Assembly: GCF_037042905.1 (NCBI RefSeq)
Contig: NC_087245.1
Location: 2,110,001 to 2,174,000 of the forward strand
Origin: Lytechinus pictus
Lineage: Eukaryota
Reading direction: 5' to 3'
DNA length: 64,000 nucleotides
The translations under genes and the position numbers were made by a program. Positions 12,926 through 26,539 of this stretch are shown one piece after another. Position 1 is the first letter of the stretch. Each line of letters starts with the position of its first letter. Under the pieces are notes generated by a model that saw only the letters and a list, made by a program, of their open reading frames with translations, was not told the DNA's origin and did not search any database.

Positions 12926-14264
12926 TTAAATTTCCTGCTTTCGTTAGTGCAGTTTGACCCATCACAAGAAAGGTCAGTTTGGCACCTGCTTGTGTAGGCT
13001 CCACTGCGAGAGCAAAATCAAAGACGTAATAGAACTCAATCGTGTTCAATGTGGTATTTGCGATGCTGAAGTCGTAAATCTGTGGTGATCGCGTTTACAG
13101 ATGTATCTTTTTCAACGTTTAAATTTTTCTCCGAATCGTGATTCGAAAGACGTTTACTTTTACGCCAGGAAAATGGAGGACTTTGAACGTACCCTTTGTT
13201 TCTCATTATATTGGTGTTTTTTAATCACGTTTTCAATCATGATTCATGTTGCCACTTAAACTTTGAAACTGACATGGAACATACCCTAAGACTGGTTATT
13301 GGTTAAAAGAGTTAAGTAAATTGATACAGTCTTTATTCAAAACTACGCTGTCATAAATCATCATTACCGTAATTTTATTGTTTTCGATTGACTATGAGTC
13401 AGCTAGTAGTGAACTTTGGAAGACTTATCATTTATCAACATTCTACAACTGTTTAAAAAGAAAAGTTCAAAGTAATGTCATGTGACAAGAATTATAATTG
13501 CCTATATACCACCAAACATGCTTAAAACTGTCGCCCTGTCAGCACTAAACCTGTAGAGAGATATTCAATTTAATTTAATTTAAAAAATGGTCTGTATTGA
13601 TGATCAAACATGTTTATAATTGTCGTACATGTACGTGAAAAACAGCCGCAGCTGGAAATTTCATGTGGACAAGTTTGTATAGGCACAATAAATGATATAG
13701 GTAAAAACAGTAAAAATATTAAAAAGGCTGTATTCAAAAAGCTAATTAATGCAATTTTAGATGAAACTCATAAGACAATGAATGAATATAACATGATATG
13801 AATAGTATTTTTTAAAAGTAGTCACCTTGAAGGAGAGAAGACTCACACTTTATACAAAATCTAATGACAAAAGTTACTTACAAAAGTCACAGCTGAAACT
13901 GTTGACAAATCTGGAAAATTTAAACCTTATTTTGCAATTTTGGCTTTAAGTAATGCACTGTAAGAATGAGCAAACTTTTTATTCCAAATGGTATTATATG
14001 TGAACATTCCCTTCCATGTTCCAGTAGCAATGTACAAGCTGTTTTCATTTTCAGTTATCGAATATTTGAGGTCACAAGACAAACATCATTACAACTGATA
14101 GGACTAAAGGTTATCATAGATAAGATGGTCTCAGATCTAAAGTAGTTAACTTAGTTATGTTGATGATTACTGGTAGCAGATATCTTGGTACTTTCACAAG
14201 TGTAATACCGAGACACCTGATGAGGACCAATACTCTTTACCAAACCCTTTAATACCCCTGTCAT

Positions 14265-14366
14265 TAACCAAAGCCCCAATGCTGAAACCAGTCCTAACCC
14301 TTACCCCTAATCATAACCAAAGCCCCAATGCTGAAACCAGTCCTAACCCTTACCCCTAATCATAAC
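14265..14366. repeat. Perfect 49-bp tandem duplication with CCTAACCC motifs
   Basis: TAACCAAAGCCCCAATGCTGAAACCAGTCCTAACCCTTACCCCTAATCA x2. Confidence 0.9.
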
Positions 14367-14667
14367 TATTTTGTATGGGTACCTTGATCAGAGGGGAGCC
14401 AGAATATTTTAATGGGGGGGGGGGGGGAGGAGGGGAGGAGACACATTTTTCTCAATTAAGTTTATATAGGGAAATTATGAATTAAAGTTAAATGCCCCAA
14501 CCCTCATCTTTTATACTACTTTTCTTTACTACTTGAGTCACCATTGGGGTGGGATGGTCGGCCCGCTGTGCCCAATTCCAAAATCCAACCATATTTCTGT
14601 TGTACCCAATACCAATGAAACAAAAGAATGATCTTGACAGAACATTAAATTTGTTTGGTATCTTCAT

Positions 14668-14920
14668 GCAGGCACGGATCCAGGGGGGGGGGGGCACAGG
14701 GGGCACGAGCCTTCCCTTTTGAGAAACATAATTAAAATTTGTAATATAAAAATGCCATTAAAACTGAGGTGTGTCCTGTCTTTTGAAATTGAAGACCTTA
14801 TGAAATATCCTTTATTTGTGGTTGAAACCTTTTTTTTTTTTTTTGCTGGTTGTCAAATTTTTTCGGGTACAAAATATCCTTAATTTGTGGTTGAAAACCT
14901 TTTTTTTTTTTGGCTTTTGA
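14668..14920 (+). repeat. Poly-G-containing interspersed repeat
   Basis: CAGGCACGGATCCAGGGGGG start; internal duplication AAATATCCTT(T/A)ATTTGTGGTTGAAA-CCTTTTT. Confidence 0.65.
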
Positions 14921-15131
14921 CATATGCTCTTGCGACAGTTGCTTCGCTAAAGATTCCACTATAAATTCCATACGTGTATGAAATGACCAATTTCGACCCT
15001 GGGTTTAACACTATACCCTATCCTAAAACTAACCCTAAACCTAACATAAAACCCTATTACAACCCTAACCCTACATCTAGGATGAAATAAAGCCCGGAGC
15101 AATTGTCGTTGGAGCAAATGTTGTGTCACCC
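14918..15131 (+). mobile_element. Non-autonomous Helentron/HINE-like element
   Basis: Subterminal inverted repeat GACATATGCTCTTGCGACAGTTGCTTCG / CGGAGCAATTGTCGTTGGAGCAAATGTT around a degenerate (CTAACC)n array. Superfamily inferred from architecture. Confidence 0.55.
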
Positions 15132-15327
15132 TCTGATACAGTTCATATAGTGGCCATTCATTTATTATACATATTATACAATAGCAGGGCCCGCTGGGAG
15201 AACAGTTTTCGGAACTGAAGTGGCTACCCAGGGTAAATATACCTTTATTATTATTATTATACATATTCCAAATATCTCAAATATGAATATTCCCTTAACC
15301 AAAATATTAGTTGGAGGATGCCACTAT

Positions 15328-15709
15328 TACCCGTTTCATAAACCCAATAAAATCCAATTATGCGGCTAATAGCAGCATAATTTGGTCGTAAAATCAGAGG
15401 AGGACAAGAGTTATCCGCATTATTCTGATGCTGCTATTATCCGCATAATAGCGGCATCGGGACAAGATTTTGAGTTTATGAACGTATTTCCAAATAATGC
15501 GGATAATTGCCATGGTGCGGTCACAAGGTCACCCTTTTCCAATACAACCGCATCGGAGGGGGCGATTATCCGCCTTTTTCAGGACGGGCGCTCGTAAAAA
15601 TAATGCGGATAATTTTCGGAGTTTGTGAATGCAATTTTTATTGAATTATCCGCATTACTCTTAGGCGGCTAATTGGAGGATAGGTTTTATTGGGTTTATG
15701 AAAGGGGTT
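15328..15709 (+). mobile_element. PIF/Harbinger-type MITE, family C, copy 1
   Basis: TIR TACCCGTTTCATAAACCCAATAAAA / TTTTATTGGGTTTATGAAAGGGGTT; near-identical to 37149-37549 except an 18-bp deletion; ATTATCCGC repeats. Confidence 0.9.
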
Positions 15710-17801
15710 TAAGAATTATTTTTTTCTATTGAAGGAAACAGAGATGGAGGATAATCTTTGTAGAGATGAAGAGAGATGGGAAGAGAGAGAGAGAGAAGAT
15801 GAAGAGAGTATGATCAAACCATCATCTGTTTCTGACATCATGGTATCAGTTGTCTAGAATACTTCCTTGGTTGACATTCTTTTCGGCTTTGTTTTGAGAA
15901 GTTTCAAATGACAAGAATGCGTCACAGATGTTTAAAGTTTCCCACAACTGTGTTCACTTCTTCGTAATGAATTTTTTTGGCCACTAGTTCAAAATTAATT
16001 ACTGATTATAAGACTTCCAAGTTCCAATGTTCTACAGACTTGAACAAGCTATGAATATCAGTAGACCTAAATGTACTTTTTCAGGGTTTGATGCAATCTT
16101 ATTGGATTAACAGGGTCCTAAACTATGAGACTGTTTCGTTTGCTAAGGTTTTAATATCAACTTGTATGATTTAAGTGTGTGTTTACCTTGTGGTTAATGA
16201 TTAACTTGTTAATTGTTTTTAAGAAAATCTCTATACTACAGTTACATGCATATGAAGGCATTGCAATGCACAGTTATGTACACAGAGTCAGATTTAATCC
16301 CAGGATCATGCAATAAAGCTAGGGCAGTATCCTTCCACTACAAGGCACACGGTGTCTTTGTAATTTCAAACTTCAAATATTGCTAACTTGTAGTTGACTA
16401 GTCTGTTCAACTTCAAACGAAATAAGTGGCTATTTTGTGTAAGGAATTCAGCCTACTTTGAGCCATGTGTTTATTGTATTTTCAAGACTCAGCTATAAAT
16501 CAACTGACATGTATATAGTTATTTTGCTTTTAATATTAGTAATGAAAGTTTAATTTTCAAAGTCACTTGAAAGCGAAAGATTAAAAACCCCAAATGCCAT
16601 TAAAGCTTGAAGCTAGACATGTTGATTTAATGCATTCTATAAAAGCTCTTGCCAAACGATTATGATAGATAATTATAAAACATGTCAATTTGATAAGCTA
16701 TTATTGTTTGAAATGTACTTGCTACTGGAATCATCATAGTTAATTTTTAACTGCAATCATATATTTTTTTAAGTAAGAGAGTATAATTAGCATTATATTT
16801 ATAGGTGTGAAACAGAAATATATTTGACCCTGAAAAGGTACCAAAGCATGATACTTGATTGAAACTGTATATCTCATGAAACAATTCCAGGTAATTTTGG
16901 CATTATTTAATTTAAGACCAGTATTGAACTAAAATGTGAAATACTTTGATATAGCAGAGAATAGATTAAAAAAAATTGTAGTCCATAGAAAAATTGGCTT
17001 AAAAACAGAGCTTTATTGAAATGGAATTATAGTAATAGTTCAAGTTCAAATTTTTTTTCATGAGAATCCTGTTTTGACTGGTAACTCTTCATGTTTCAAC
17101 ATGAACAAAGTAATTATTTGTTTTAAAACATTTAGTAAATATTTTGAAGTGAAATAAAGAATGGCTCCACCTTTCTTCTTCACCCATGAAAGTTTACAGT
17201 TCATTCTCTTGAAATATTTTATCATGACTTTCAGCAATTCTAAACAATATTATAATTAGGTCAATGATTTGTATTTTGTATGACTTTTTCTAAGAGAAAA
17301 ACTCATGGAGAATTGGGAAAAATGTTTTCTTTTCATTGAATGAGATATGCTGAAAATGAAAGAGACTGAGACAACTGAAATCATCTTTGAATTAAAATGA
17401 AAGTAAAAAATATGAGTAACAAACTATTGATCGTCAAAGTCTGTATCCTAGAATTCAAGCAAATTATACTTGAAAGATAATGCTTGTTTACAGTTTTCAC
17501 GTGTTTTTGTAGCACTGTCCATGGAGGTAAAACATCCATGCACTGACACGTTCATCATATTTTGTTATAAAAACTTTATTCTGTCAATGTACATATCAAG
17601 AGATCTATATATAGTATAGTTCATTCCCATGCAACATTGGAAAAAGTTGTGTTGAGGTGAATTATGTAAGAGACAAATTCTACAGATATGTATGTGGTGT
17701 GTGACAATTTTTACCAAGCGTGCGACCTCCTTATATGGCACATAAGGGCAGCTGCCAAGCAGCATGGGTTCATTTTTTCTCTTCGTCAGGGATAAGGGAT
17801 A

Positions 17802-18882
17802 CAGTCAGTCCGCAAGCCCTGAAAAAGTAGCTTCTTTTATCCAAGTGATATTCATGACAAGAGGGTTTTTGCATAGTTAATGAGCTTGGTGCGAACCAAA
17901 ACACCTCTTTTTATTCGGCCATTGCTGCTCTAAATATTGACCAAATTTCATGTTTTTGGTATCTTTGTAAAGAAGAAGAATCATTCTTTTAGGTCATGTG
18001 TTTGGATTTTTTAAAAAATGTTGTAATATAGGAAAAACTTTTGATCTAAAACATGAAACAAAATATTTTTTTTCATGCAACAAAAGTTGTTGTTTTCACA
18101 CTTAATTTCTGTTTGGGCACAAATGATTTTTAAATCATGATAAAGCTGAAGATCTAAGCTTTAATATGATATAATTTTTATAAGAAGATGTATTTTAGAT
18201 GGGTCAGCAGCCAGCTTTTCATAGACCAAGTACATTTTGCAGCTCAAAAACAAGAATACTGCGCTCTGATTGGTCATAGACCACACACCCACGCAAATTC
18301 CAATGTTCCCCACACTGGGCCTCTGCAAGGTCACACTCACCATGTGGTAATCTCTTCAAATTACCCGCGCCTGTTTGTTTTGAAAACAGTATTCAGCCAA
18401 TCAGAACTCTGGATTTTATGTTACTCAGAAATTTAAGAAATCTCGTCTTGCATCTTGATGGAAATAACTGGCTGCTGACCCATCTAAAAGATGCCACATA
18501 TCAAGAGTGACATTGTAAGAAAGTATAGAGTTTGAGCTTTCTGATGATATAAATAATGTTGGTGCCTAAAACACAAAATGTTGCACAATTTGCAAGTGAA
18601 AACAGAGGAAGAAAATTCTGTTTGATGCATCTTTTCAGGTAAAAAATTCACTTATTTATCAAAATATTTCATTCAAAAGAAATGACCAATATAAAAGGGT
18701 AACATTTACTCTGCCCATGGTACAAAAATAATTAATATTACTCAAGGAGAAAGTGGTTAAATTCTTTGAGAAAGAAAGTCTCACAATTCACGAGATTTTG
18801 CAGGGACATGAATTCAGCCACGAGAGGACTTGGATAAATCTTGCTCATTTGCTCATTAACACAGGGGCTTGCGGACTGACTG
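17802..18882. mobile_element. Non-autonomous DNA transposon (~1.08 kb), superfamily uncertain
   Basis: TIR CAGTCAGTCCGCAAGCCC / GGGCTTGCGGACTGACTG; GATA on both flanks; internal inverted repeat TTTTAGATGGGTCAGCAGCCAG / CTGGCTGCTGACCCATCTAAAA. Confidence 0.85.
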
Positions 18883-20547
18883 GATAGCTAGCAATGACTA
18901 CGATTCCTCATCCATGTCAACTGCCCTGATGATTGGGTTGACAAAAGTCATTCAATTACAGTCTAGGGCGGAAGAAAACGGCAGGAGGTTTGTAAAGAAA
19001 GATATAAGATTCTTCAGCTGTGATTGTGTTTGTGTATGGTGGTATTCTCTTTGTTATAGGAAATAACTGTACTTTACAAAGAAGTTATTGCATGTTAAAT
19101 ATAAATTTCAGTTGTGTTGGCTCATCTATTCATATATTGTGCCTGTTGATTAATCAGTTACATTGGATTGTTGTTGTGGATGTTAATGTTATGAGAAACA
19201 TTGAGTTTCTTTGGTGAATACTCATCAGATCTGTTATTTTGAATGTATACGGTTCTCTGCTTTATAATAGCCAACAATTGGCTGCTTTTTTAGCATACTA
19301 CATTAAATTGCTATATGATGCGATCTGGACTGCATTTAGGCGACCTCATACTACTGTAGAATAAAAACTATGAATTGTGATTCAAAACACATGTATACAT
19401 AACTGTAACTGCAGAATCAGGGTTTAATCAACTTTCTTTCCAATGCTTTTTGTCCCTCACATCAAGTTTTGCCCTAATTGCCCTTTTTTGAACGAAACTC
19501 TGCAGAAACCTCTTTCAATATGCCCCTTTTTTCTGCGTTTCATGTTTCTGATTTGAAACACATTTTATACTTTTGACTAAACGCAATCGTGATTCTTCAG
19601 AAACGTGTGTTTCAAAATGTCTTTCAAATCATGGTTCTAGAGTAAATAATTATTAACTAAAGGCACCCTTAAATGATAAGCAGTAATATCTTCCGTCTCG
19701 ACATAAGTTTATTTCTTTTCATATTTTCATTAGAAAATTGAAATGTACATTATTTGAATGTCAAGGTTTTGGAATAAGGGCTACACCTGCCTAGATCACC
19801 ATCACCATGAATACCTGGAAATCACACCCCCTTTTGAAAATTCAATCTTCAGTGAAGTTTAATGTTTGTTCATTCTTTGTTGTTAGGAATTATATGATGC
19901 ATGTTACATGTACATGTGTAAATATTATTGAATCATATGATCAGCTGAGTTGCTGACTATTGTGAGCCCTCTTTTTGAACCCCTTGTATTTAGTTAGACA
20001 CAGCATGATGAATACACCATCAACTACCAATGTTCATGTACTACTGCACCTGTCTTTATTCCATGTTAAATGATCACATGACCTTCATCATATTCGCCCT
20101 TCAACTTTGATTCAGTTCAAATATGGCCCATGGTCCCATCCAATCATATTAAAAGAGGGAAGCCCTTCGTTACACTCATCATTTTGACAGGGAACGCGTG
20201 GAAATGGTTTGGAAGACGAGGGGGGTTCCTTCCTACCACAAGATGCTGAAGGAATCAGTGCAAAGAGAACCCGCTGGGATCATCTCTGTAGGGTTTCATA
20301 CCATAGAAAGTATACCATCATGTTCACACCACAAATGGTAGAACTTGGCTTATTTTTCTGTTTTGCATTAAGTTGGTCTCAGTATCATCCTGAGAATCTT
20401 TTGAACTTGTGATCTTAAAAAAAAAATAGGCCTGTTAGTATATTCTCATGCATGAATAAGATCAAAATTATGTGTTGGGCTAAAATCATCTTTGTATAAA
20501 TGAAATAGTAGTTGTCTAATCATGCATTTGCGGATAATAGTCAATTA

Positions 20548-20985
20548 GACCCTGTTCTCATCTAATGTTTTGAACTGGTTTCCCTTAAACCACTTCACAC
20601 ATCCAGTTTAGGAGATCTCTGTGCTAGCATTTTCATGGTTTTCAAACGTAAAGCGATCAAGTTGCTATGGAAATGGTCTTGATGGGGTCACATGCTTCTC
20701 GCAAAATTTGAAACCACAGCGTAGGCATTCTACACACGGTGTGCTGAGTAGCATACTCAACATGCACACAATCTTGTTCTTCCGTGCGAAGATCACTTCC
20801 CAAAGAACAGTCTGTCCTCTTCTATGCTTATAAACCAGTGCAACGAGGCAAAGAGATCTTGAAAACCACATTGTGAGGTGGTTTTCAAAAACAGTTTGGA
20901 AGACCATTTAAGATCGCTTCCAGGACTGCCATGAGCATTTGCATTACACGTTAAACTGGTTTAAGGAAATAGTTGAGAATGAGTC
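20548..20985. mobile_element. Degenerate PIF/Harbinger-type MITE
   Basis: Imperfect TIR GACCCTGTTCTCATCTA / TAGTTGAGAATGAGTC; flanks TTA/TCA; AAACCA/TGGTTT internal repeats. Confidence 0.6.
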
Positions 20986-20994
20986 TCAGACTTA

Positions 20995-21821
20995 TACCCC
21001 TTTTATACTGCGCTTTTCCCCGGTGAACTTCGCCGGCGAAGTTTGCCAGCGAAGAGGAAAGTGTCCAGTATGAAAGATACACAGGAGAACTTCTCCACCT
21101 CTAGAGGTGGAGAACTTTGCCGTTGAAACTATTTCCCCGGCGAAGTATGCAGGTGAAACAGCCAGTATTAAAGCTAACCGGAGAACTTCTCCTCGTTAAT
21201 GACGTCAGAGGTCATTTTTTTTCTCTCCGAAATCCCCTGAACTGAGATTCCGCGGCTGAATGTAGAAGGCCACGCTTTATGAGCGATTCGATCATTCCAT
21301 AGAGTTTAATACCCTCAAACATTTTTTTTTTCACTAACGATATTTATAATAAAAGCGTTATTTTACAGGCTGAAAATGCGCTTAAAATATCAAAATACTT
21401 TGATTCTTTTTTGTTTTGCTTCTAATAGTTCTAGAATATGTTGTAATTTATTTTTTACACCTTTTTGTAATCGGTAAGAAGCAATGTTTACAAATTTTTT
21501 TTCGTTCGTTCTAATTCTGCAGCAGCAGCAGCAGCTGAGAAGTGTTTACCAACCGTCATCTCCAAAACTTCACTGATAAAATTTATTAGGTATCTGCAAT
21601 TAATAAGGAAAGAGTACGATTAAAATTCAAATTAAAAAAAAAACGCGCGCTTTCATTGACACCGGGTCTGCACTTACTTCCGCCCGAGCAAATCTCCCGT
21701 CGACTTTCGCCGGGGAAAAGATGTCAGTGCGAAAGGATACATTTTTTTTCGCTGGGGAAGTGAGGAATGTGTGCCGGAGAAGTTCGCCGGGGAAAATGAA
21801 GAGGCCAGTTTGAAAGGGGTA
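20995..21821. mobile_element. PIF/Harbinger-type MITE, family D
   Basis: TIR TACCCCTTTTATACTG / CAGTTTGAAAGGGGTA; TSD TTA/TTA; subterminal TTCGCCGG/CCGGCGAA repeats; CpG retained. Confidence 0.88.
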
Positions 21822-22068
21822 TTACAAGGGAAGTGCAGGAGTCAAAGAATGTTGTAGGCCTACCAACTACAAGTATATAAATTTTCTGTATGTATGGACC
21901 TAACAGATTTATTTAGAAGCTACATGTAAGTCAGGCTGTATGGTATGAGATATGATTTGTATTCTGTTATTAGCACCCAAGTGAGGTCCACAGTCTAATA
22001 AATCATAGTCTAATTGAGGACTGCAAACAACTTTGTCATGTAGTTGCATCTCTTCTGAGATGCAGTTG

Positions 22069-22533
22069 TATGCTTTTCACACTGTACTTACATGTAGACC
22101 CACCAATTTCCCGAGGTTAAGCTTAGCCCACTTCGTTTTCACACTACGTTTTAGCAAAGTGGGCTAGCACGGTAAATAGTACAGTACTATCTGGCCCTGC
22201 AAAAAAGCAGGGTTAGCCGGCTTATTGTGGTGCTAGCACCACAATTGCGGTGCTAAGAGATGCAGTGTGAAACGAAACTGGGCTAAGGAAAAGTGGGGCT
22301 AAGCAATAGCCAATCACAGAAGTCGAAATTGCACGTTATTCACGCTCTGTATGGTAAAGTTATCAATATTCATGAGCTGTGGGATAGTCCGGGGTTAAGG
22401 CATTAACCCCGGCTAAGCAGATAGTATGGGGTTAAGAAAGACAGTGTGAATCCAAAAAAAGATAGTATGGGGTTAAGGATAGTCCGGGGTTAAGGATAGT
22501 ATGGGGTTAAGGAAATGCAATGTGAAAAGCATA
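22069..22533 (+). mobile_element. PIF/Harbinger-type MITE, family B, copy 2
   Basis: TIR TATGCTTTTCACA / TGTGAAAAGCATA; reverse complement of 6553-7021 with the left hairpin arm replaced by a short filler containing TACATGTA. Confidence 0.88.
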
Positions 22534-25500
22534 TTAGTTAGGTTTGTCTGCTCTAAAGAAAGTTCAATTTTCTCAGTGGCAGAAACAGGATCTCCAAAGT
22601 TTATAATCTTGGATGCTGTATAGCGTGCATGAAGAGTATTGTGATATAATGTGAACTATACTGGAGACAAGTTAAATTTTTTTTAATGAAAAGCTATCTA
22701 TTGATGAAAACCTGTGAAATACAGTCTTATTTCTAAGGACCTTGTTGCACTGAATCTGGCCTGGGTCAGTGTCCCAAACCATACTGAATCGCCTGAAGAC
22801 CGTTCTAGTATAATTATTTCAGTATGCGTTGGTGATGTCTTGGCATATTTAGATGTTATCAACTCTCATTTAACCATGTCTGCATCATCACCAGGTTTAT
22901 ATAAAACACAGATTTGGATGGTTTATAGAGCATGGATGGTGACTCCATGTTGGAATGTTGTACCGCGATTCCTTCCCATGAATCATCAGAGTACACATTC
23001 ATGACTGTCAATGTGAAGTATGAAGGGGTAGTCCTAAACATGTCTGGGACTTTTATTAAAAGCACTATCTTCTCTTTAAATTGGGTGCTTTTCTTGTAGA
23101 TGCCATTAATTTCTACTGAACAAAAATTGTCTTTTAATAAGCTATGTATTTTTGCTCTTGTTTACTCACAGGTGAACGCTTGAAAAGGCATTATCATTAT
23201 CCCCTCTAAATTATGTTCTGTTATCAGTAGACCTTATCCTCCACATTGTTTATTCTTTCTCCCTAAAGCAATAAATATTTGTTTTATAGAGATGAAAATG
23301 TTATTTGTGTATCATACTGCTTGTTGTTCAGTTGCTTTCTTTTCTAATCAATTTTGGTAGAATTTGGCCTTTACTTACTTATACACCTGTTCATACAATC
23401 AAGTTCATACAGTGCTCCCTTCTTCCTGTTCAATGAGCATACATTGCTTATGGTTTGCTGTCAAACAAATTGTAATATTACATTGATCAAGCTTTTGATA
23501 ACAATGGCCAGTTTCCAACATATATTTTCAAAAGATATTTTAAAGGATAATTCAAAGTACAGTAATTATATTTATACTGATTCATATTTCTCAGCAGTGG
23601 TGCAGTTGTTTTACATCTTATGAAGATATCTTTCTTTTTATTCAATTTGCAAGTATATTGTATTTTCATAGATCAATTGAGAAAATTGAGTGATAGTATT
23701 TATTTGTTGATCTTGTGGATTTCTCTGAGGTTAATATTTCAATATTTGACTAACAGTGACACACTTTATATTTCAAGGAAATAAATCCAAATCACTGTGA
23801 TTAGTCACCTGCCGATCCTAAGTATTACCTTTTAAATCTCAAAGTTCCAATTCAAATCTTGTAAAGCTTAGACAAGAAATTGAAATCCCCTAGGTTTAAA
23901 AATCTAAATCTAAATTTGGCTGGTTACTAATTCACAGCTGATCTTGATTATTTCAATTATCCTTTTTATATATAGATAAAACATCATATTTTGAACTTGT
24001 TTATCAAATATCAATCACTGCAAAAACAAAAGAGAAGCTGTGTGAACATCGAAATGAGACACAGGTATGGGTGCTTTATATGAAAATCGTGGCAATGAAT
24101 GGAAATAATGAATGCCAAAAAATCAGGCTTCAAATTGTAATTTAGACCAGCACGTCTGATACTGAAGATTACCATTATTTCTTCATTATCACAAATTTTC
24201 AATTACTCTTTGCCCTGCTGCCTGACCGTCCTGTAGATTTGCGTGCAGTGAGGATAGGCACAGATTCTGCCGTGTCGAATCTGTGGCTTAAATTATTGCT
24301 GAAAACATGTAATGCATGATTAGTGAGATGCATATTACACCTGGTTAGAGTTACGCCATGTCATTCTCAATAACACGCTTCATTAGTTCAACGTCTTTAA
24401 AAGATGTAGCCAGTAAAGATCGAGTGAGGGGTTAAGTGATGATAGAAAATAATAATATGTTTCAACATTTGGGATTTCAACCTGCGGATATAACTGTTGG
24501 AGTTTCAGAATCAGGTAGCTTGTGAGCAAATTAAATTTGTTGTATATAAAAACAGTGTTTTCTAAGATTTTATTTGAATTTGATTCAGTTGAACTTAGTT
24601 GTAATTGTTTAATTGATTGAGCAAAAAATATGAACAAGGTTTATTGATCTCTAGATCATTTTCCTAGTACAGATTATCTCCTTTATTCAATAAACGTTTA
24701 TTTCTGCAAAAATTGTATTATTTTAGGATTGAATGCATTGCATCTAAAGTCCTATAACATTTGAGATATCCTGTTTATAATTGTGTCCCTATTAATGATA
24801 CATTACTTTGTAGGTGCAATGCTCATTAATTGGATGTTAGTAATTTGAAGAGGATGAATTCAGTGAAGTTGATTTCTATGTTGCTTAAAATATATTTAAT
24901 TGATTATCAGAGTTCAGAGCATGAAGAAATAAGAGCCAATGAATGCAATTTACAAGATTTTGGTGGCCAAAGATAGAAAGATTTAGAACGATGACAATTT
25001 CATGAGAAGTTATGAACTGTTAATATGCATGTCAATTTGAAATTGATATAAGTGTGCAATGCGGCTGAGTTTATTAGCGTTTGGAAAGAGTGCCTGGTAT
25101 GTTCTATGGGCTGTGGTATCACGCTGCTATTGGAATGCAAGCAATGTAAATCAAGGACTTGCTTGGATGCGTAATAATAGCTCATCCCTCGTCTGTAGGT
25201 CTACATCTATGTTGAGATTATCTTGTATCTGTCGTTTTACCCCTCCTCTCTCTCTGACTTTTATCTTCTCCAAAGTTTATAGAACAGGAAAGCAAGGCTC
25301 TTGGATAATAAGGTTTACGAAAGGAGGTCTCTGTGATTAGTTCTAAGGCTTTGACATGATGATTCTACATGCACTATTGGATGGCCGATTACATGGTCTT
25401 GCTGTAATAGTCCCACTTACAGGGAAAGTTGTTTTATTAATAGTTTTATGTGATTTTCTCAAAAGCAAAGTAATGAAGCGAAATATCAAAGTAAAAAAGT

Positions 25501-26539
25501 GACAAGTTTGAATGGATATGATTACCATGAAAATGATCCCTGAAATATATTTTTCAAATCCTTTTAAAATTTCTAGACTTTAGAATAATAACATGCAATG
25601 ATTCATTGATTAATATAGGCCTACTTGACAGGAACCATTTTAAAACATCCTATATATGCCTAATGAAGCTGAAATAATCTGTCTCAGTCTTCACCATTCC
25701 ATGAAACATGTAGGCCTATTAAATAAATATGCCTGAATTAATGATAATGACTTAATTGTAGGTCCATGGTGAAAGTTAAGGATCATCTTTGTCAATTGGC
25801 TTTATGGCCTTCCTTGAAAGAAGGATATTAAGATAGCTGTATGATATAACTATATAGATTAAAAGTGAATGATGATCGCTACAAGGATATGTGTGTCTCA
25901 CTCCAATCTGTTCATTCTTATTCACATATAAAACATGCAGTGTGTCAATCAGATCATGTGAATTCAAAAGGTAAGGAGACATCGACCACAAACATTTTTT
26001 AGATGCAGATTAAACCATGTTTTTTTAGGAAAGTGATCAGAATATGCAGCCTATATGCCCTAATTGGAACTTGAACTTACAGACCCTAAAGTTATATATT
26101 TGTGCCGAACTTGCCTGCATACATTGGTAATCTTCTTTATGATTTCCATACATGGTTTAATTAGAATGGCTGATCCTTAACTGTTACTCTGCAAAATCAC
26201 TCTGATTTTCCCATAAGGATTGTGATAAACTAATGATATGCAGTGATATTTTATTTAGCACTATCTGATTTGATTAGTTCAATATTATATTTCAGGTGTG
26301 AATAGGGCCTGAAATACATGGGGCATGTCGTGATGAGCTATCTACTCTCAGTATCAATCATGGGTCATCAGTATTTTGTCTTTCTACAGCCAGACATCAA
26401 CATGATACCCTTTCACACTAATGAGTATTATATGTCACGGTATGGAGTGATGAGTACATCAACTGGGTTAGGGAGGTTTAAGAGTGGATTTATTTCTTTC
26501 AGAGAAAACTAAATAATGATGAACATTATTTCTATTTAA

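Noticed and set aside
12990..13250. CpG-containing patches here and at ~50125-50610 and ~58210-58460/59585-59755 that look like transposon fragments
   Set aside because: No convincing TIR pair, TSD or second copy in the window, so not called as features.
15382..15597. Near-identical ORFs MVVKSEEDKSYPH... here and at 37203-37484, suggesting a duplicated gene
   Set aside because: Both lie inside family C MITEs, start at TTG and show no domain; the 18-bp indel has CG microhomology.
20190..20292. GC-richer segment after TTTTGACAG as candidate exon 2
   Set aside because: The phase-1 reading hits TGA, there is no good donor and no recognisable domain.
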